DNA of 64,000 bases, from assembly GCF_009914755.1 (NCBI RefSeq), contig NC_060928.1. The stretch is one strand, 5' to 3'. Positions within the stretch are counted from its first letter, which is position 1; the number at the start of each line of letters is the position of its first letter. A program made the position numbers and the translations under genes. The notes beneath the pieces are model-generated. The model had not been told where the DNA came from. It did no database searches and worked only from the letters and a program-made list of their open reading frames with translations. Positions 40,127-55,268 of the stretch are shown here, one piece after another. The DNA comes from the human T2T-CHM13v2.0 reference genome, Homo sapiens.

Positions 40127-40901
40127 TTAATTTTATTTTATAAAATAAATTTTATTTACTAAAAAGTCTGATAAATAATGAGTAAAAAAATAAGATTGAC
40201 TTCAGGTGTTCATAATGCTAATATCTATTTATCACTAAATTGCAATAATCTATATAATGATTATATTCTCTGTTTGTCTTCAAGCACCCAGCAGAGGATC
40301 CCACTCATATAAATGCTCAATAAATATTCTTTATGCATCCAAAGTCAATATAGATTTGGTTATTTTGATTGTATTTGGTTGTTGCCTGTTCTGATTGTTC
40401 AGTTCAAGCACCTTACCAGTTGTAAAATTTGAATTCAATTCTGGCTGCACTGTTTACTTACCCTACATTGGTATCACATTAAAAAACAATAATAAAGAAA
40501 AATATCAATAACACCGCAGGGTACTCTTAAATGTGCTAGTGAAAGTCAGAAAAATCCTCATCAGTAAAAAAAGATAAATAACATACAATTTTATCGAATG
40601 TATACTTATTGGGTTGTTTTAAAAGTATCGGTTACAAAGTTTGATACCTTTAATAGACAAAGTTTTGTTACATCTGTGGGTCAATAAACATTTCTATATG
40701 TAAAATAAAATATTAATACTTACAAGTACCTGTTAGTTAAAATAAGCATATCCAAATTATTAGACCCCAGAAGTGAGGGTTTTATTTCATTACAACTTTA
40801 AGTATCATAGTGGAAGGAGATCTTATGGCTCAGTGTCCTGACTCATTAAAAAAAAAAAAAAAAAGATTTAAAAGAGCAGGTAACTGTGAGTTTAATGTTA
40901 G

Positions 40902-43217
40902 TAATATGGTTTGGCTCTGTGTTCCCACCCAAATGTCAACTTGAATTGTAATCCCTATAATCTCCACATGTCAAGGGTGGGACCAGATGGAGGTAATTGA
41001 ATCATTTGGAGCAGTTTCCCCCATTATGTTCTAGCAATAGTGAGTGAGTCTCATGAGATCTGATGGTTTTATAAGCTTCTGGCATTTCCCCTGCTTGCAC
41101 TCATTCTCTCTTTGCTTGCCCTGTGAAGAGATGTCTTCCTTCATGATTGTAAGTTTCCTGAGGTCTCTCCTGCCATGCAGAATCGTGAATCAATTAAGCC
41201 TCCTTCCTTTATAAATTACCCAGTCTCGAGTATTTTCTTATGGCAACGTGAGACTGGGATAATATAGTAAACTGGTACTGAGAGAGTGGGACGTTGCTAT
41301 AAGAATACCTGAAAATGTGGAAGCAACTCTGGAACTAGGTAATAGGTGAACGTTGGAACAATTTGGAGGGCTCAGAAGAAGACAGGAAAATGTGAGAAAG
41401 TTTGGAACTTAGAGACTTGGAGGTCTCATAACACAGAAAGATGTGGGAAACTTTGGAACTTCCTAGAGATGTGTTGAATGGCTTTGACCAAAATGCTGAT
41501 AGTGATATGAACAATGAAGTCCAGGTTGAGGTAGTCCCAAATGGAGATGAGGAACTTCTTGGGAAGTGAAATAAAGGTGGCTCTTCCTATGTTTTAGCAA
41601 AGAGACTGATGACATTTTGCTCTTGCCCTGGAGATCTGTGGAACTTTGAACTTGAGAGAGATGATTTAGGGTAACTAGCAGGAGGAATTTCTAAGGTGCT
41701 AAGTGTTCAAGAGGAAGCAGAGCACTAAAGTTTGGAAAATTTGTAGGATGACAATATGAAAGAAAAGAAAAACCCATTTTCTGGGGAGAAATTCAAGCCT
41801 GATGCAGAAATTTTGCATAAATAACAAGTAGCTGAAAGTTAGTCACCAAGACAATGGGGAAATGTCTCCAGGACATGTCAGAGACCTTCAGGAAAGTTCC
41901 TCCCATCACAAGCCTTCAGGCCTAGGAGGGAAAATTAGTTTCCTGAATTGGGCCCAGGTCCTTGCTGCTTTGTGCCATCTGGAGACTTGGTGCCCTGCAT
42001 CCCATCTGCATCAGCTCCAGCAGTGGCTAAAAGGGGCCAACGTATAGTTCAGGATGTTGCTTCAGAGGGTGCAAGCCCCAAACCTTGGCAGCTTTCACTT
42101 TATATTGGGCCTGCTGGTACACAGAAGTCAAGAACTGAGGTTTAGAAACCTCTGCCTAGATTTCAGAGGATGTATGGAAATGCCTGGATGGCCAGGCAGA
42201 AGTTTGATTCAGGGGTGGAGCCCTCATGCAGAAATTCTGCTTGGGTAGTGCAGAAGGAAAATGTGGGGTCAGAGACCTCACACAGAGTCTTCACTGGGAC
42301 ACTATTTATGGGAGTTATGAGAAAAGGGCCACCATCCTCCAGACCCCAGAAGGGTAGATCCACTAGCATCTTGCGCTGTGTGCCTGGAAAAGCTGCAGAC
42401 ACTCAGTGCCAACCCAAGCAGCCAGGAGTGGTCCTGTACTCTTCAAAGTCACAGAGTCGGAGCTGCCCAAGGTTGTAGGAGCCCACCTCTTCCATCAGTG
42501 TGACCTGAATGTGAGACATAGAATCAAAAGAGATCATTTTGGAGCTTTAAGGTTTCATGACTGCCCTATTGCATTTTGGACTTGCAGAGGGACTGTAGCC
42601 CCTTTCCTTTGACCAATTTCTCCTATTTGGAATGGGTATATTTACCCAATGCCTGTATCCTCATTGTATCTAGAAAGTAACTAATTTGCTTTTGATTTTA
42701 TAGAGTCATAGGTGGAAGAGACTTGCCTTGTCTCAGATGAGACTTTGGACTTGGACTTTGAGTTATTACTGGAATGATTTAAAACATTGAAATACTGTTG
42801 GAAGGGCATGATTATGTTTTGAAATGTGAGAAAATGAGATTTGGTAAGGACCAGGGCAGAATGATATGTTTTGGCTCTGTGTCCCAACCCAAATATCACC
42901 TTGAATTGCAATCCCCATAATCCGCTTGTGTCAAGGTCAGAACCAGGTGAGGTAGTAGAATCATGGGGGCAGTTTTCCCCATGCTGTTCTTGTGACAATG
43001 AGTGAGTCTTATAAGATCTGATGATTTTATAAGCTTCTGGCATTTTCCCTGCTGGCACTCATTCTCTCTCCTGCCACTCTGTGAAGAGATGCCTTCCACC
43101 ATGGTTGTAAGTTTCCTGAGGCCTCCCCAGCTATGCAGAACTGGGAGTAAATTAAACCCCTTTTCTTTATAAATTACCCAGTATTTCTTCATAGCAGCAT
43201 GAGAACAGACTAATACA
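40902..43217 (+). mobile_element. Full-length THE1D-like MaLR element: LTR 40902-41266, internal 41267-42861, LTR 42862-43217
   Basis: Paired LTRs with THE1D-type CTGGCATTTCCCCTGCT.GCACTCATTCTCTCT and a THE1 internal region. TSD GTTAG / GTTGG. Confidence 0.95.
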
Positions 43218-45380
43218 GTTGGTCACAAAAAAAGAATGAGTGGAGGAGAAAAATACTATGGGATAGATACAATTGATTTGTGTATCCTCTAGATCAAAAT
43301 TTAAGGTTTGGTAACCTTCCATTATATTGACAGGAATCCTGTTGTTCAGCAATTCCCAAATTTCCTTGATAATAATAACAAACAAGTGTATTGATATTCA
43401 GAATTAGTCAATGTCTTTAGTAAAGGAATCTGAGAATATTCATTTTAACAAATGTATGAGGCAATTATTGTGATCATGCACATTTTCAGAGCACAAGTTG
43501 GACTTTAGAATATAAATATATAATTTAGAGTCTTAACTTTCATGTTACTCACATAACTTCTTACATAAGTTTTATTTAATTAATCCTAGCAGAATTTAAA
43601 GGAGTGTCTATTAGCTTAGAAAGGATTGTATGCTTGGTATTACAGTTCATTATTTTATTTTATAAAGCGATAGGTTCAAAAGAGATACATTCTAATGTCT
43701 TTTCCAGCTGCAAAATGTGGAGACCATGAAACGGCTCCATTTGTGTTTTTTTATCTATTGGTTTGTGTTATTTTTAAGAGATTTATGGGAACATAGTTTA
43801 AATTGGAAATGCAGAGATGAAAGGGATACATTAGCAGTTTAAGCACATTGAGATTATCTCAATAGCTTTCCTATATAAGCAATTTCAGAAAGTCTATTAA
43901 CCTAATCAGATAAGAAACAGCTATGATTATATGAGTCACCTGTATTCAGAGATTTTTTTTTCAGACTGTTAAAACAGGATAAAGAAAAATAAAATATATG
44001 TATTTGATGTTGCCAGTTGTGTGACAATCAGTTTTGTGGCAATCTGGATGAATACTTCATAGAATACGATTAAACTAATTTGTATAGAAAACCCATAATA
44101 ATATACTTATAAAAATATATGGCCTAAATTTGAAGATCAGAAAATATTTACATTGCCTCCAATATATAAGTTTATTAATCTATATAAATATACATATATA
44201 TGTTTTGAGTGTGCTAAAACATATCCTCAATGTAAATTGGTTGTTGAGATATACCCATATTAGAATAATCAGTAATTCACTCAAGAAACAACTGTGTATC
44301 AGCATTATGGGAGGAATTTCAAATTTAGGAACAGGTGTATTCCATCTTTAGAAGAAGACGGAATGGAATATGGGTATATTCCATTTTTAGCTCTGAAAAG
44401 AAAGATATGCCTAATTTTATTAATCAGAGAGGATCCAATGATCAACACAGTAATCATTTCTGTGCTATTGGTGAACTGAGTGGCACAGAAGTAATAATAC
44501 TATGGAGAAATGGTAAGTTTCATAAATTACCTGAAAATTATAAATATTATGCAACAAAATTGAAATAATCCTATAAATATAGCATAATAATACCAAGATA
44601 ATTATTTACTGTTCAAGGAAGTAAATATGTTCTATTTTTGCCAATAGAAACTGCACTGTACAATACACTTATATGTACATATATAAATATATAAATGTAT
44701 ATATTTGCATGAGAAATTTTATTTTTATGGGCTGAAATCTCAAATTTTCATATAATGAAAAGGTTATGCATATTTTTAATGTTGATAAATATTATGAGTC
44801 TTCAAATATGGCATAGCAATTCGGAAATATTCAGCAACATATGAGAGTGCCCATATTCTCATCATTCATAGAAGACATTCCTTTTGTCAACCTCATATGT
44901 TATTTTAATTTGCATTTTATTTATCAATTCTAAAGATATTATTAACTTTCATGGTGACCTTTCTGTTCATATTCCTTTCATACTTTTCTCCAGAATGCAT
45001 TTCTTTCATTTATTTCTTGGGCTATTTTAAAAATCAGAATCATTAATAATTTTTTTCATATAGCCTGCAAATATTTTTTAACAATGTTTCATTTGTTCTT
45101 TGGCTGTGTTTATTGTAAATTTCACCATTTTTAAACATTTTTATATTGCCAAATATGGATATATTTATTGGTCATGGGCTTTCTTTCTGGCTAGAGAGGA
45201 TGGTCTATATCTTGTGTTTTTTTAAAGGATTTTTTTCTTTCTAATATTTTTCTTATTTCTGTGTGATATAATTTGTCTTTAAATTACTGATGTGTTAGGA
45301 GTTATTCCTTCACAGCAGAGAAATAAAAACACAGAAAATATATTCTTGCTTTCAGATGGATGATCAATTAAGATCATTAA

Positions 45381-45745
<365 letters not shown>

Positions 45746-46284
45746 TTATTTTTGTGTTAATTTTAATGGACTATGTATTGTGTTACATTAATCTAATTCA
45801 CTATTCCTAAGACAATATTATGTTATAATTACAATGGTTTTATAAACAAATTCAATATCTGGTAAACTGGGTCCTTTATAATTCTTTGTTTTCCTTTCAT
45901 ATTTTTTCATTTACGGAATTTTGGCCTTGACCAATTAATATTAGAATCTAGGAAACTATCCTTGGGGACAGTAACTGGAATTTCTTTACAGTTATACATT
46001 ATTTTGGGGGAATTATTTCTTTTTGAAATTAAATCTTCCCAGTAAGAACATAACTCTCTATTTCTTCTTATAGTTTTAATGTCCTTAAAAATTGGTTGTT
46101 TCCTTCCTGTAATTCTTATTTTAGGGCTACATTTCTCATTACATTTTTTTCCTCACGTTCTTACTTCTTTGGCCACTCTTTTAAATATATGCATCTGTGT
46201 ATGTGTATGTTTTTATTTCGATTTGTATGTAGCTTTTTCTTGATTTGGAGAACTTTTTTTTATTTATCTTATATCAAACTATGA

Positions 46285-46688
<404 letters not shown>

Positions 46689-47196
46689 TTAGTTTTTCTT
46701 AAGTTAGAAATCCAATTATCTTCCCCCCCAAAAATAAAATAAAATAATCTGGCAATGCTTTCCAAAATGTATGGAAACTTTCCCTAACCATGAAGAATAG
46801 CAAGAAAAAATAACTCATTTTTTCCTCCTGAATTTAATGCAGAAAAGGCTTTAGTACTTCAACATGTTGTCTGATGTTTTCTATTGTGCTTGTAAAAATT
46901 AACTGTATCCTGTTTAGTTTCCCTCTATTTATATTTTACTTAGAATTTTACTATGGACTACTGATGCATTTTATCAATTTGCTTTTTGGAATCTATTGTT
47001 AAATAAATTCACTTTTTAAAAATTATTTTTTCTTTGCAATGAATTTCTTGGAATAAAAAATAACTAATTATATTATACTGTTTTTATGAATTGCTAGCTT
47101 CACTATGCTAATATTTTATTTTGCATGTTTTATTTGTATTTATGTGACTCTACATTTGTATTATCTTTATTTGTTACAACATTAAGTTTAAGCTGA

Positions 47197-47457
<261 letters not shown>

Positions 47458-47749
47458 ATTCTAACTATTATTATAGTTGAAAATATAAAGAAGTTACCTT
47501 TATGTAATAGAATCCACTGTTAATCCGTTAAGGTTCAGTGTCTCCCTTTGAAAGGTGAAGCTTTTATTGCCTTTCTGATCACTTCACTGATATTCTATTT
47601 TTAAATCCTCTTGTATTTATTTGTTAGATTATATTTTCTTAGAAAATAATCAATTTACTCTAGATTTCTCTAATGTATAGCCATTGTATTGCATGTAATT
47701 TTTTCTTATAATTTTAATTTTCCATTGCTAGCTTTTTCTTTTTTTTTGT

Positions 47750-48455
47750 ATTTCTGAGTTATAAGTCAAGATGCATCGGACAACAAGTCAACAAAAATTA
47801 AAAAGGAATCTGGATATAAGACAGACCTAAGTCTGGTTAAATCAACAGCTCAACAACATCACTGATGGCCAGTTTTCTCGAACACCTCCCCTCAACCATT
47901 CTTAGCATAGCACTTTTCCTCTTAAAGCAGTGGTTCTCAAACTTTATCCTGCATCAAAATCAGAGACTTGTTACAAGACAGAGTTTCTGCTTAGTAGTTC
48001 TGGGCTGGAGTAGGCCCTAGATTTTGTATTTCTAACATGTTTCCAGGTGATGTTGATACTATGGGATACAGCACAATTTGAAGAAGCAATCTCAGACTGA
48101 CTCCTCTCATTACCTAAAAACAACTGAAAATTTTTCAGAGTTTTTGGATATATTACAGCATCTTTAGGCAGAAAATGTAATAATCTTATCTATTTTCCCA
48201 TTTTGAAGGAATTTCTTTTTTCAAAATCCATGTAGTTGCCTTTCCCTCAATTCTTATGTCCAAGAATTTTGCCACGTCTGTAACTAAACCAAGGTCTTTG
48301 CAAGATGATTGAGTTTATTTCTATTCGCTTAAACTGTGCATCAAGATTCACCACCTATGGCTCTCCTGAAGACCATCATCACTCAAAGGACAGTAAACAA
48401 AACCAAAGTTTTATTACTTAAAAAAAATAGAATGACTGTAGATAATAACAATGCT
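47750..48455 (-). mobile_element. Old MLT1 (J/K/L-like) LTR interrupted by MER5A
   Basis: CAGCTCAACAACATCA.., CTAAACCAA.., CAAAACCAAAGTTTTATTACTTAA motifs; highly diverged. Confidence 0.5.
47928..48090. mobile_element. MER5A (hAT-Charlie) MITE
   Basis: CAGTGGTTCTCAAACTTT..TGCATCAAAATCA..TTTCTAACATGTTTCCAGGTGATGTTGAT. Confidence 0.85.
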
Positions 48456-50317
48456 TAAACAATAACAAAAACCATCGTAAATTTTGCCTCTTTCTTTTGA
48501 TGTCAGTCAAGCAGGCAAAGATTTGTTGGCCTTTTAAAAATAATTTGATTTTATTGTTTCTTTCTGTTTTTTCGTATTTCCTTTGTAATAGTTTAATTTC
48601 TCAATTACTTTGATTTGCCTTGTGGTCTTTTGTTCAGTTTCTCAATGTAAATTTTTAATTTATATACTTTTAACTTGACTCTTTTAATGAATACGTTTAC
48701 AGTGACAACTATTTATCTAAATCCATTCTTACTTGATTTCCCTAGGTTTACTGAATTGCTTTGCGTTTTATTATTTTCTGGTTTATTTTCAGTTGGTTTC
48801 TGTTTTAGATATCTTGTAATATTCTATGGTTATTTTAGAGAATAATTCTTAATTTTTAAATCCAAAACTTTTTAGACCATATTTCTACTCTTGATTTATA
48901 GGCTTCATTTAATTATATCTTATAAAATATTTACCCTTTTGGAAATAAATAAAAGTATATTTATACCTTATACATTATAGGATACATTTTTGTAAGTGAG
49001 GTATGTATATTTTAAAAAGTGTGTATTCTCTTTAGACAACAAAATTATATATATGTAATGTTTGTAAACACATAAATATTTAAGCTTTTTGATTATATAT
49101 GTTTAAATCTTCTGTTATAGCTATATATTTAGTTTTCTGTATATTTGTCTTGTTACAGTCTGAAAAGAGTATATTAAATCACCCATTACTCTTGTTTTAT
49201 GAGTTGTTCTTGTATTTTTAAGTGGTTTTCATTCATATATTTCACTTCTTGTCTTTGGTTCATAAATGTTTACTGTGTTCATCAATTTTAAATTTTATAA
49301 TTACACATGGCACTCTTTCTCCTATATAATGCTTTTGGGCCCTCAACTTCAATTTGTCTAACATTTATAGTAACTATGATTTCTTTATTTGTATTTGCTT
49401 AGCCTATATTTGTTTGACCCTGAATTTTCTCTTTTTAGTGTTTTATTTATTTTTATTTTTTTAGTTTGTTTCTTGTGAACAATATCTAGCTGACTGCCTT
49501 TTTTTCTATATACTAACCTTACTGTGGGCTAGTTTTATAATTCTAGAGTTGGGACTGAAATTGTTTCTTTTCTTTCTACAGAGAATCTACCTCATAATAT
49601 ACAGGCCAAACATGAGCAATCCATCCTTCACTGTGCTGAGTGCCAGTGGAAGGGAAGTTCAATAGCCAAAGATGAAGTAGAGTAAGATACTGCCATCCCT
49701 CAGGCTGTTAAAACACATGCTGAGAGTTTATTTAATCTCAGAGATTCCTAAGTGAATTATCTTTTTCCTCACAGTTCAAAAAGGGCATTGAAGACTAAAG
49801 TCAGGCTGATAAAATTATAATATATTCAAGTTCCAATAGCCAGGTCATTTTAAGCCTTTAGGACTCAAAACATTTAGAGAACAACCAGCTGGCCAACATG
49901 ATCAGGTCTGTTTATGGGGCTTACAAAAACTTAGGAACTCCTGTGGGAAGGCCTGTTCACATTCTGTCTGGCTCTATCTCTATCACAGTGGTTCTTTCAC
50001 AGTTTGCTTACAGTCCACAAGGGGACTTTAACCAATACACCCAATCTGATAATGTCCGAATTTTAATAAGGGATTAAATGAATCCACGTTTAATATAATA
50101 ACTAACTGGCATTCAATTTGATTCTTCTTATTTATATCTGTTACTTTGTTACAATTTTGTTCATCCATCCTTTATCCTTCCTAGTTTCAAAATTCTGTTC
50201 TGCATTTTACTTTTGCCAAATCCAAGTTGTACTTCTTTATGATTTCAAATTTAGTTATCCAGATGATTTATTCACTAACAGCTTTTACATCAAAATGAAA
50301 TGAAATGTTCTGACTAC

Positions 50318-50443
50318 CCCAGAGGTTGAGAGGTTGAGGCAGGAGTATCACTTGGACCAGGAGGTTGCAGTAAGCCATGGTTATGCCAAAGTACAACAGC
50401 CTGGGCAACAGGGCAAGACCCTGTCTCTAGAAAAAAAAAAAAA
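50318..50443 (+). mobile_element. Alu right-monomer fragment (FRAM/AluJ)
   Basis: GAGGTTGAGGCAGGAG..CAGCCTGGGCAACAGGGCAAGACCCTGTCTCT plus poly(A). Confidence 0.88.
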
Positions 50444-52149
50444 TTGCTTTGAGTAATTTACTTTTCTGTTTCATTCTCCTCCAACATGAAATCTTCAATT
50501 AGAATTACTTTACTCTCCTGATTAGCTCTGTCTTTATCCTCTTAGTTCTGGGTCAGTATATATTTTTCCATACATTTTATCTTCTACTTCAGTAACAATT
50601 ATTTAATTATTTATATTTTTAACTACAGTTACAATATTATCATTTATCTGAAGTTAGTCATAAGTAGTGTAAGACTTCTTGCTAACCACTGTTTGCTTAT
50701 TGTAACTTTCATATCTTGAAATATCCATACTGATGCAACTGATACTTGGGTGAGAGTGCATGTGAGTAAATATTTTCTGAATTCTTGCATGCACGTCTAA
50801 CTGTAGCATTTTTATGTTGACAGAGAAAAGATATACTGGCTGGATCGAGATTTCTTGAATTGCTATCATTATCTCTCAATAGTTTGCAGATGTCCTTTCA
50901 TTGTCATTAGTATCCAGTACAGCAGATAAAATGTTTGTCAGTAAAGTTTTCTTCTGCTATGAAGGTTGCTAAGATATCTGGTTATCCTGGAAATTCAAAA
51001 ATATCATTGCTATGTCTAAGAGCAACTCTTTAAAAATAAATTCTTCTTAAATTATTGAGTTTCTTTAATTCAGATTTATTTTAGCTTAAGGAATTTCTTT
51101 TATGTTCAATTATGGTCTCTGCAAATGTTTTCTGTTATATTATTCCCATAATTTGCATTCACAATTTTCTTCTTCTGTTCTCTGTATGCATTATATTTTT
51201 CTTATGAATTCAATTTCCATATATATTGAAAGCAGAAAGAAAAACACCATTTATATATATTGACTTGATCTTTCTCAATAATATTTTTTCTGAATAGTAA
51301 CTATTATTTTTCAGTTGATCTACTGACTTTAAAATTTTTAAATTATGGGATGCTTTTGGTTCAGTAAACATTTTTTTCATATGTGTGAGCTTTCTCATTA
51401 CTTTTTGTTGTTGCTGTTAGTTTTTTCCCAATGAAATTCTCTCTCTTTCATTTAATAAACTTTAAAGAGAGGCTTTCGTTTTGAATGTCCACCTTGAACA
51501 TACATCTTCATTGCTTGTTAACATGTTTCCTTAATTGAGTTGTAATTATTTTCTTTTCTTAATTATACTTTGAGTTCGGTAAGCCCTGATGCTTTCTGTT
51601 AGGATTCCTTTCTCAGTGGCAAAGTGAATGACAAATAAAAGAAATGGTAGGTTCTTCTCTAGGAAGAAGGTAGAGAAAAAGCTGGTGGATATTTACTGTA
51701 TTGCTGATGCACAGCAGGAATCTCCCTTCCCAAGCTTTCCTTGTGCATGTCAAAAGTTCTCCTCCAAGCAGTGAGACTATAGGCAATCAGCTCACAAGAG
51801 CAGTTACCTAGGAGTTCACTGAAGACAGCAAGATATTATAGACCCTCACAAGATAACACTCAACCAATACACGTAGTCCATCTCTGATGGAATTTACTGG
51901 TTTCCTGAAGAGCCTTTCAGGCAATCTTGAGATCCTCATTATTTTCCTTGAGTCTAGAAGAAAAGCACAATTTCTCATCTGCTGTAGACCCTACTCTTTC
52001 ACTCCATATAGAGAAAAATGAAGTACCATGTCTGTTCTTTCTCATAAAGATATTGGGAGAAACCCTGAGGTCAAATAAATGTTCTAGGCTCTGCCAAATT
52101 TTATCACCTATCAAAGACTTTGGGAAGAAGAAAGGATACATATGGCAGT

Positions 52150-52700
52150 AAATAAAATTTACTATATGTCCAGGCATTTCTATAAAGATTTTTTCTTTGT
52201 TTTGTTTTGTTTTTTTGAGATAGGGTCTCACTCTGTTGCCCAGGCTAGAGTGTAGTGGCCTGATCAGGGCTCACAGCGTCTTAACCTTCTGGGCTCATAG
52301 AATTCTCTAACCTCAGCCTTTTGAGTAGCTGGGACTACAGGTGCATACTAGCACACTGAGCTAAGTTTTGTACTTTTTTGTAGAGAAGAGGTTTCACCAT
52401 GTTTCCTACACTGTTCTCGAACTCTTGAACTCAAGAAATCTGCCCGCCTAGGCCTCCCAAAGTGCTGGGATTACAGGCATGAACTACTGTGCCCAGCAGA
52501 GTTTTTTATTTTTTATTTATTTTTATTTTTTTAAATATATATACTCATGTAATTCTTATAACAACCTTGTACAATATTATTATCCTCATGTTATATGTAA
52601 GCAAATCAGTGCATTGAGGCATTACTTACACTGAGGCCAATGTCACACTGCTGGTAAAGTAGAGAATATAAAATTAAACAAAGTCTCAAGCATGATACCA
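52150..52700 (-). mobile_element. MIR split by the AluJ
   Basis: TTTACTATATGTCCAGGCATT on the left; TAATTCTTATAACAACCTTG..TATTATTATCCTCATGTTATA..GTCACACTGCTGGTAAAGTAGAG on the right. Confidence 0.65.
52189..52497 (-). mobile_element. AluJ inserted in a MIR
   Basis: GAGATAGGGTCTCACTCTGTTGCCCAGGCT..CCTCCCAAAGTGCTGGGATTACAGGCATGA; diverged. Confidence 0.94.
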
Positions 52701-53127
52701 ACTGTCATACTATATTGCTTATTTTGTTATTTTCCTGTCAGTTTATTTTCATCAGAACACAACATAAACAAGACACAAACCTTCTTCACTTATTTGCACA
52801 TACGTTGTCTTAGACCAGAGGAAAAATAAAAAGGACTTTTGTTAGGACTTGGAAATATAAGCAAGACATAATTCAATCTTTAAGACCTTTAGTCTAATTG
52901 GCTTCATAGAAAGTGAAATCCATATTCAAACATTAATTTCAATGTATACATGTATACACACACAGAGACAGATTTATAAATTGACAGGAGACATTTCCAA
53001 AAGGTTTACAATAGCAGTTTTGTTTACCAAGTTAGCTATTTATTAACTTCAAGTTTGCCAATAGATACTTAAAAATAAGCTGGATCATAGCAGTAGTGAC
53101 TCATATAAATATTATAAACTTTGCTTT

Positions 53128-53342
53128 GTGCAGTTTCTCAAGCTTGATCGTATTAGCATGTGGGTGGGGCTGAATAATGTTGTTGTTGGAAACTCTGCTC
53201 TGTACTGTGGGATGCTTAACAGCATCACTGGATGTTAGTAGCACCCACTGTCCCACATTTTGGTGACAACCAAAAATGTCTCCAGACATTGCCTAATTTC
53301 CCCTGAGGAAAAAAAAAAAATGGCCCTAGTTAAGAACGACTG
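53128..53342. mobile_element. MER20 (hAT-Charlie) DNA transposon
   Basis: GTGACAACCAAAAATGTCTCCAGACATTGCC..CCCCTG..GTTAAGAACGACTG. Confidence 0.9.
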
Positions 53343-55034
53343 CTCTAGCATTTTTCCTCTTGGATAACATTCTTTACAGTGACAAAAAAGAAGTTATACA
53401 CTCATAGATTTTATAGGGGAAAAATGGTAATTTTAAATTTTAAAGAATCCAATTGTTAACCTGCCATTGCCAATTCTTATCTCAGACTGCCTTAATGATC
53501 ATTCTTTAGTGGAAATATCATTTCTGAGAGCTTTTAATTCATGATCCCTACAGGATCATTTATAAGTCTCTCTGTCCCAAGCCACATCAGTCTTGTCTTC
53601 TGTTCAATTTCTTGAAATAATATCTGTAATTCATCATGAGAATAATTGCATTCATCCTAGTTCTAGTCTTTCCTCCAGCTGGGATTGAGATGTCTAAGAT
53701 TCTCTAATTGATGGGGCTTCCAACAGTGGTTAGACACACTATCCAGGCAAGAAGTCTAGTAGAAAACTTACTCTATAATATTTAATAAGTCACTGGATCT
53801 GAGAAGCTGAGCATCTACTGAAATGTAGGCAAAGAAAAACAAAGACTAAGGTCTATGATCCAGTTTTTCTCAAAACTCTTACTTTGACATTGATATTTTC
53901 TTTGTTGAATATTAACTTGGAACCCTCACTTGGCTCCCTAAGCCTGGCAAATAGCCATATCCCTTTGTTCACTACTGACAAAGAGATTTTCATATGTAAG
54001 ACAGGCATTATCACATTTTCGGCACAAATATGCAGAATTTTTACTTCTAGAGTTTGCATTAAGGTAGATCGTGCTTTGAGTAGTAACTGGCACTTCATAA
54101 AATATGTAAGTGAAACATCATCATTAAATCTTTCAACTTTTTAATTCTATGCCAACCCCCAGCCTTGTATAAGTTAGCCATTTATCAAAGTTACATAGTG
54201 TAAACATCGGTATAAACATCTCCTGAGTTTTGGGAGTGCCATGTATATATACACAAACAGCTTTCTAATTCAGAATGGGCCCTCTCCTCTGTTTTACATA
54301 TTGCAACAGTTCTCTCTGCAGATTTCTAGCACTTGAACCTTACCCTTGCAGGATAGTTTCACATATTGCTTTGTGATGTGATACCTAAGCTCACCCCTGA
54401 ATGTTCCTACACTTAATATAGGGGAAAGTACTCTGATTTTGCACTAGGGATTATGATATATCTCAAATTCCTAATAAAATATTTAAAATAAAAATAACAC
54501 CCATAACATCCTAACATTCCACAAGTTCTTCTTTTTTGATAAGAGGAGTTACTGCTGCTCTTAATATTTCTACTTATTTTACAATAGCCCAAGTATTACA
54601 GTTCTCTTGAGCAATAAATCCTCCTCAAAATCTTTATATCCAATGCCAGACAGCATATTTCAAGCTGTGAGCTTTAGTTGTCAAAACCTTGAAAGTAACT
54701 TCAGGTCTAAGGTAAGAAAAGCATGTACAATCTCCTTCCATTGCTGGAAAACCAAACATAAAGTTTTTGAATGAGAAAAAAGAAAAGGCATGTTTCTTGT
54801 CAGCTACAAGCACTTAGTGTCCAAAATGATATATGTGCACTTACAATTAGTTCATGTTGCTAATACATATTAAATTATTTTATAATTTTATAACTATATG
54901 GTACTTTTTTATTTTAGTAAAAACTTTACAATTAGAAACTGTTGGCAGGTAGAACTGGTTTTCATTCATGTCTAGTTAAGGCAGAAATGTCTCTGATTTT
55001 CTCTAATGAAGCTAAATAGTGCCTATTGCCCTTG

Positions 55035-55268
55035 GATCTAGAGTTTTAGTTCTGGGTGCCTCACATATTAGTTATATTATCTTGGTTAAATTGTTTCTTT
55101 TCTCCAGGCTTTAGTTTTCCTATTCATGAAAGAAGGATTATATTTGAAATCTTCTTAAGTTTGTTGTGAAGATTAGATGAGATAATGTATGCCAGTACAT
55201 TTGCATAATGTCAACACATTTGCATAATGTTGAGCAAAATTCAAAGTGTTTACTACATTAGCTGCTAA
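55035..55268 (+). mobile_element. MIR
   Basis: CTTTAGTTTTCCTATTCATGAAA..GTTGTGAAGATTAGATGAGATAATGTATG core. Confidence 0.75.

Noticed and set aside
41362-41470. ~55-bp tandem duplication at the start of the THE1D internal region
   Set aside because: The copies are as diverged as the LTRs, so it probably predates insertion as a subfamily feature.
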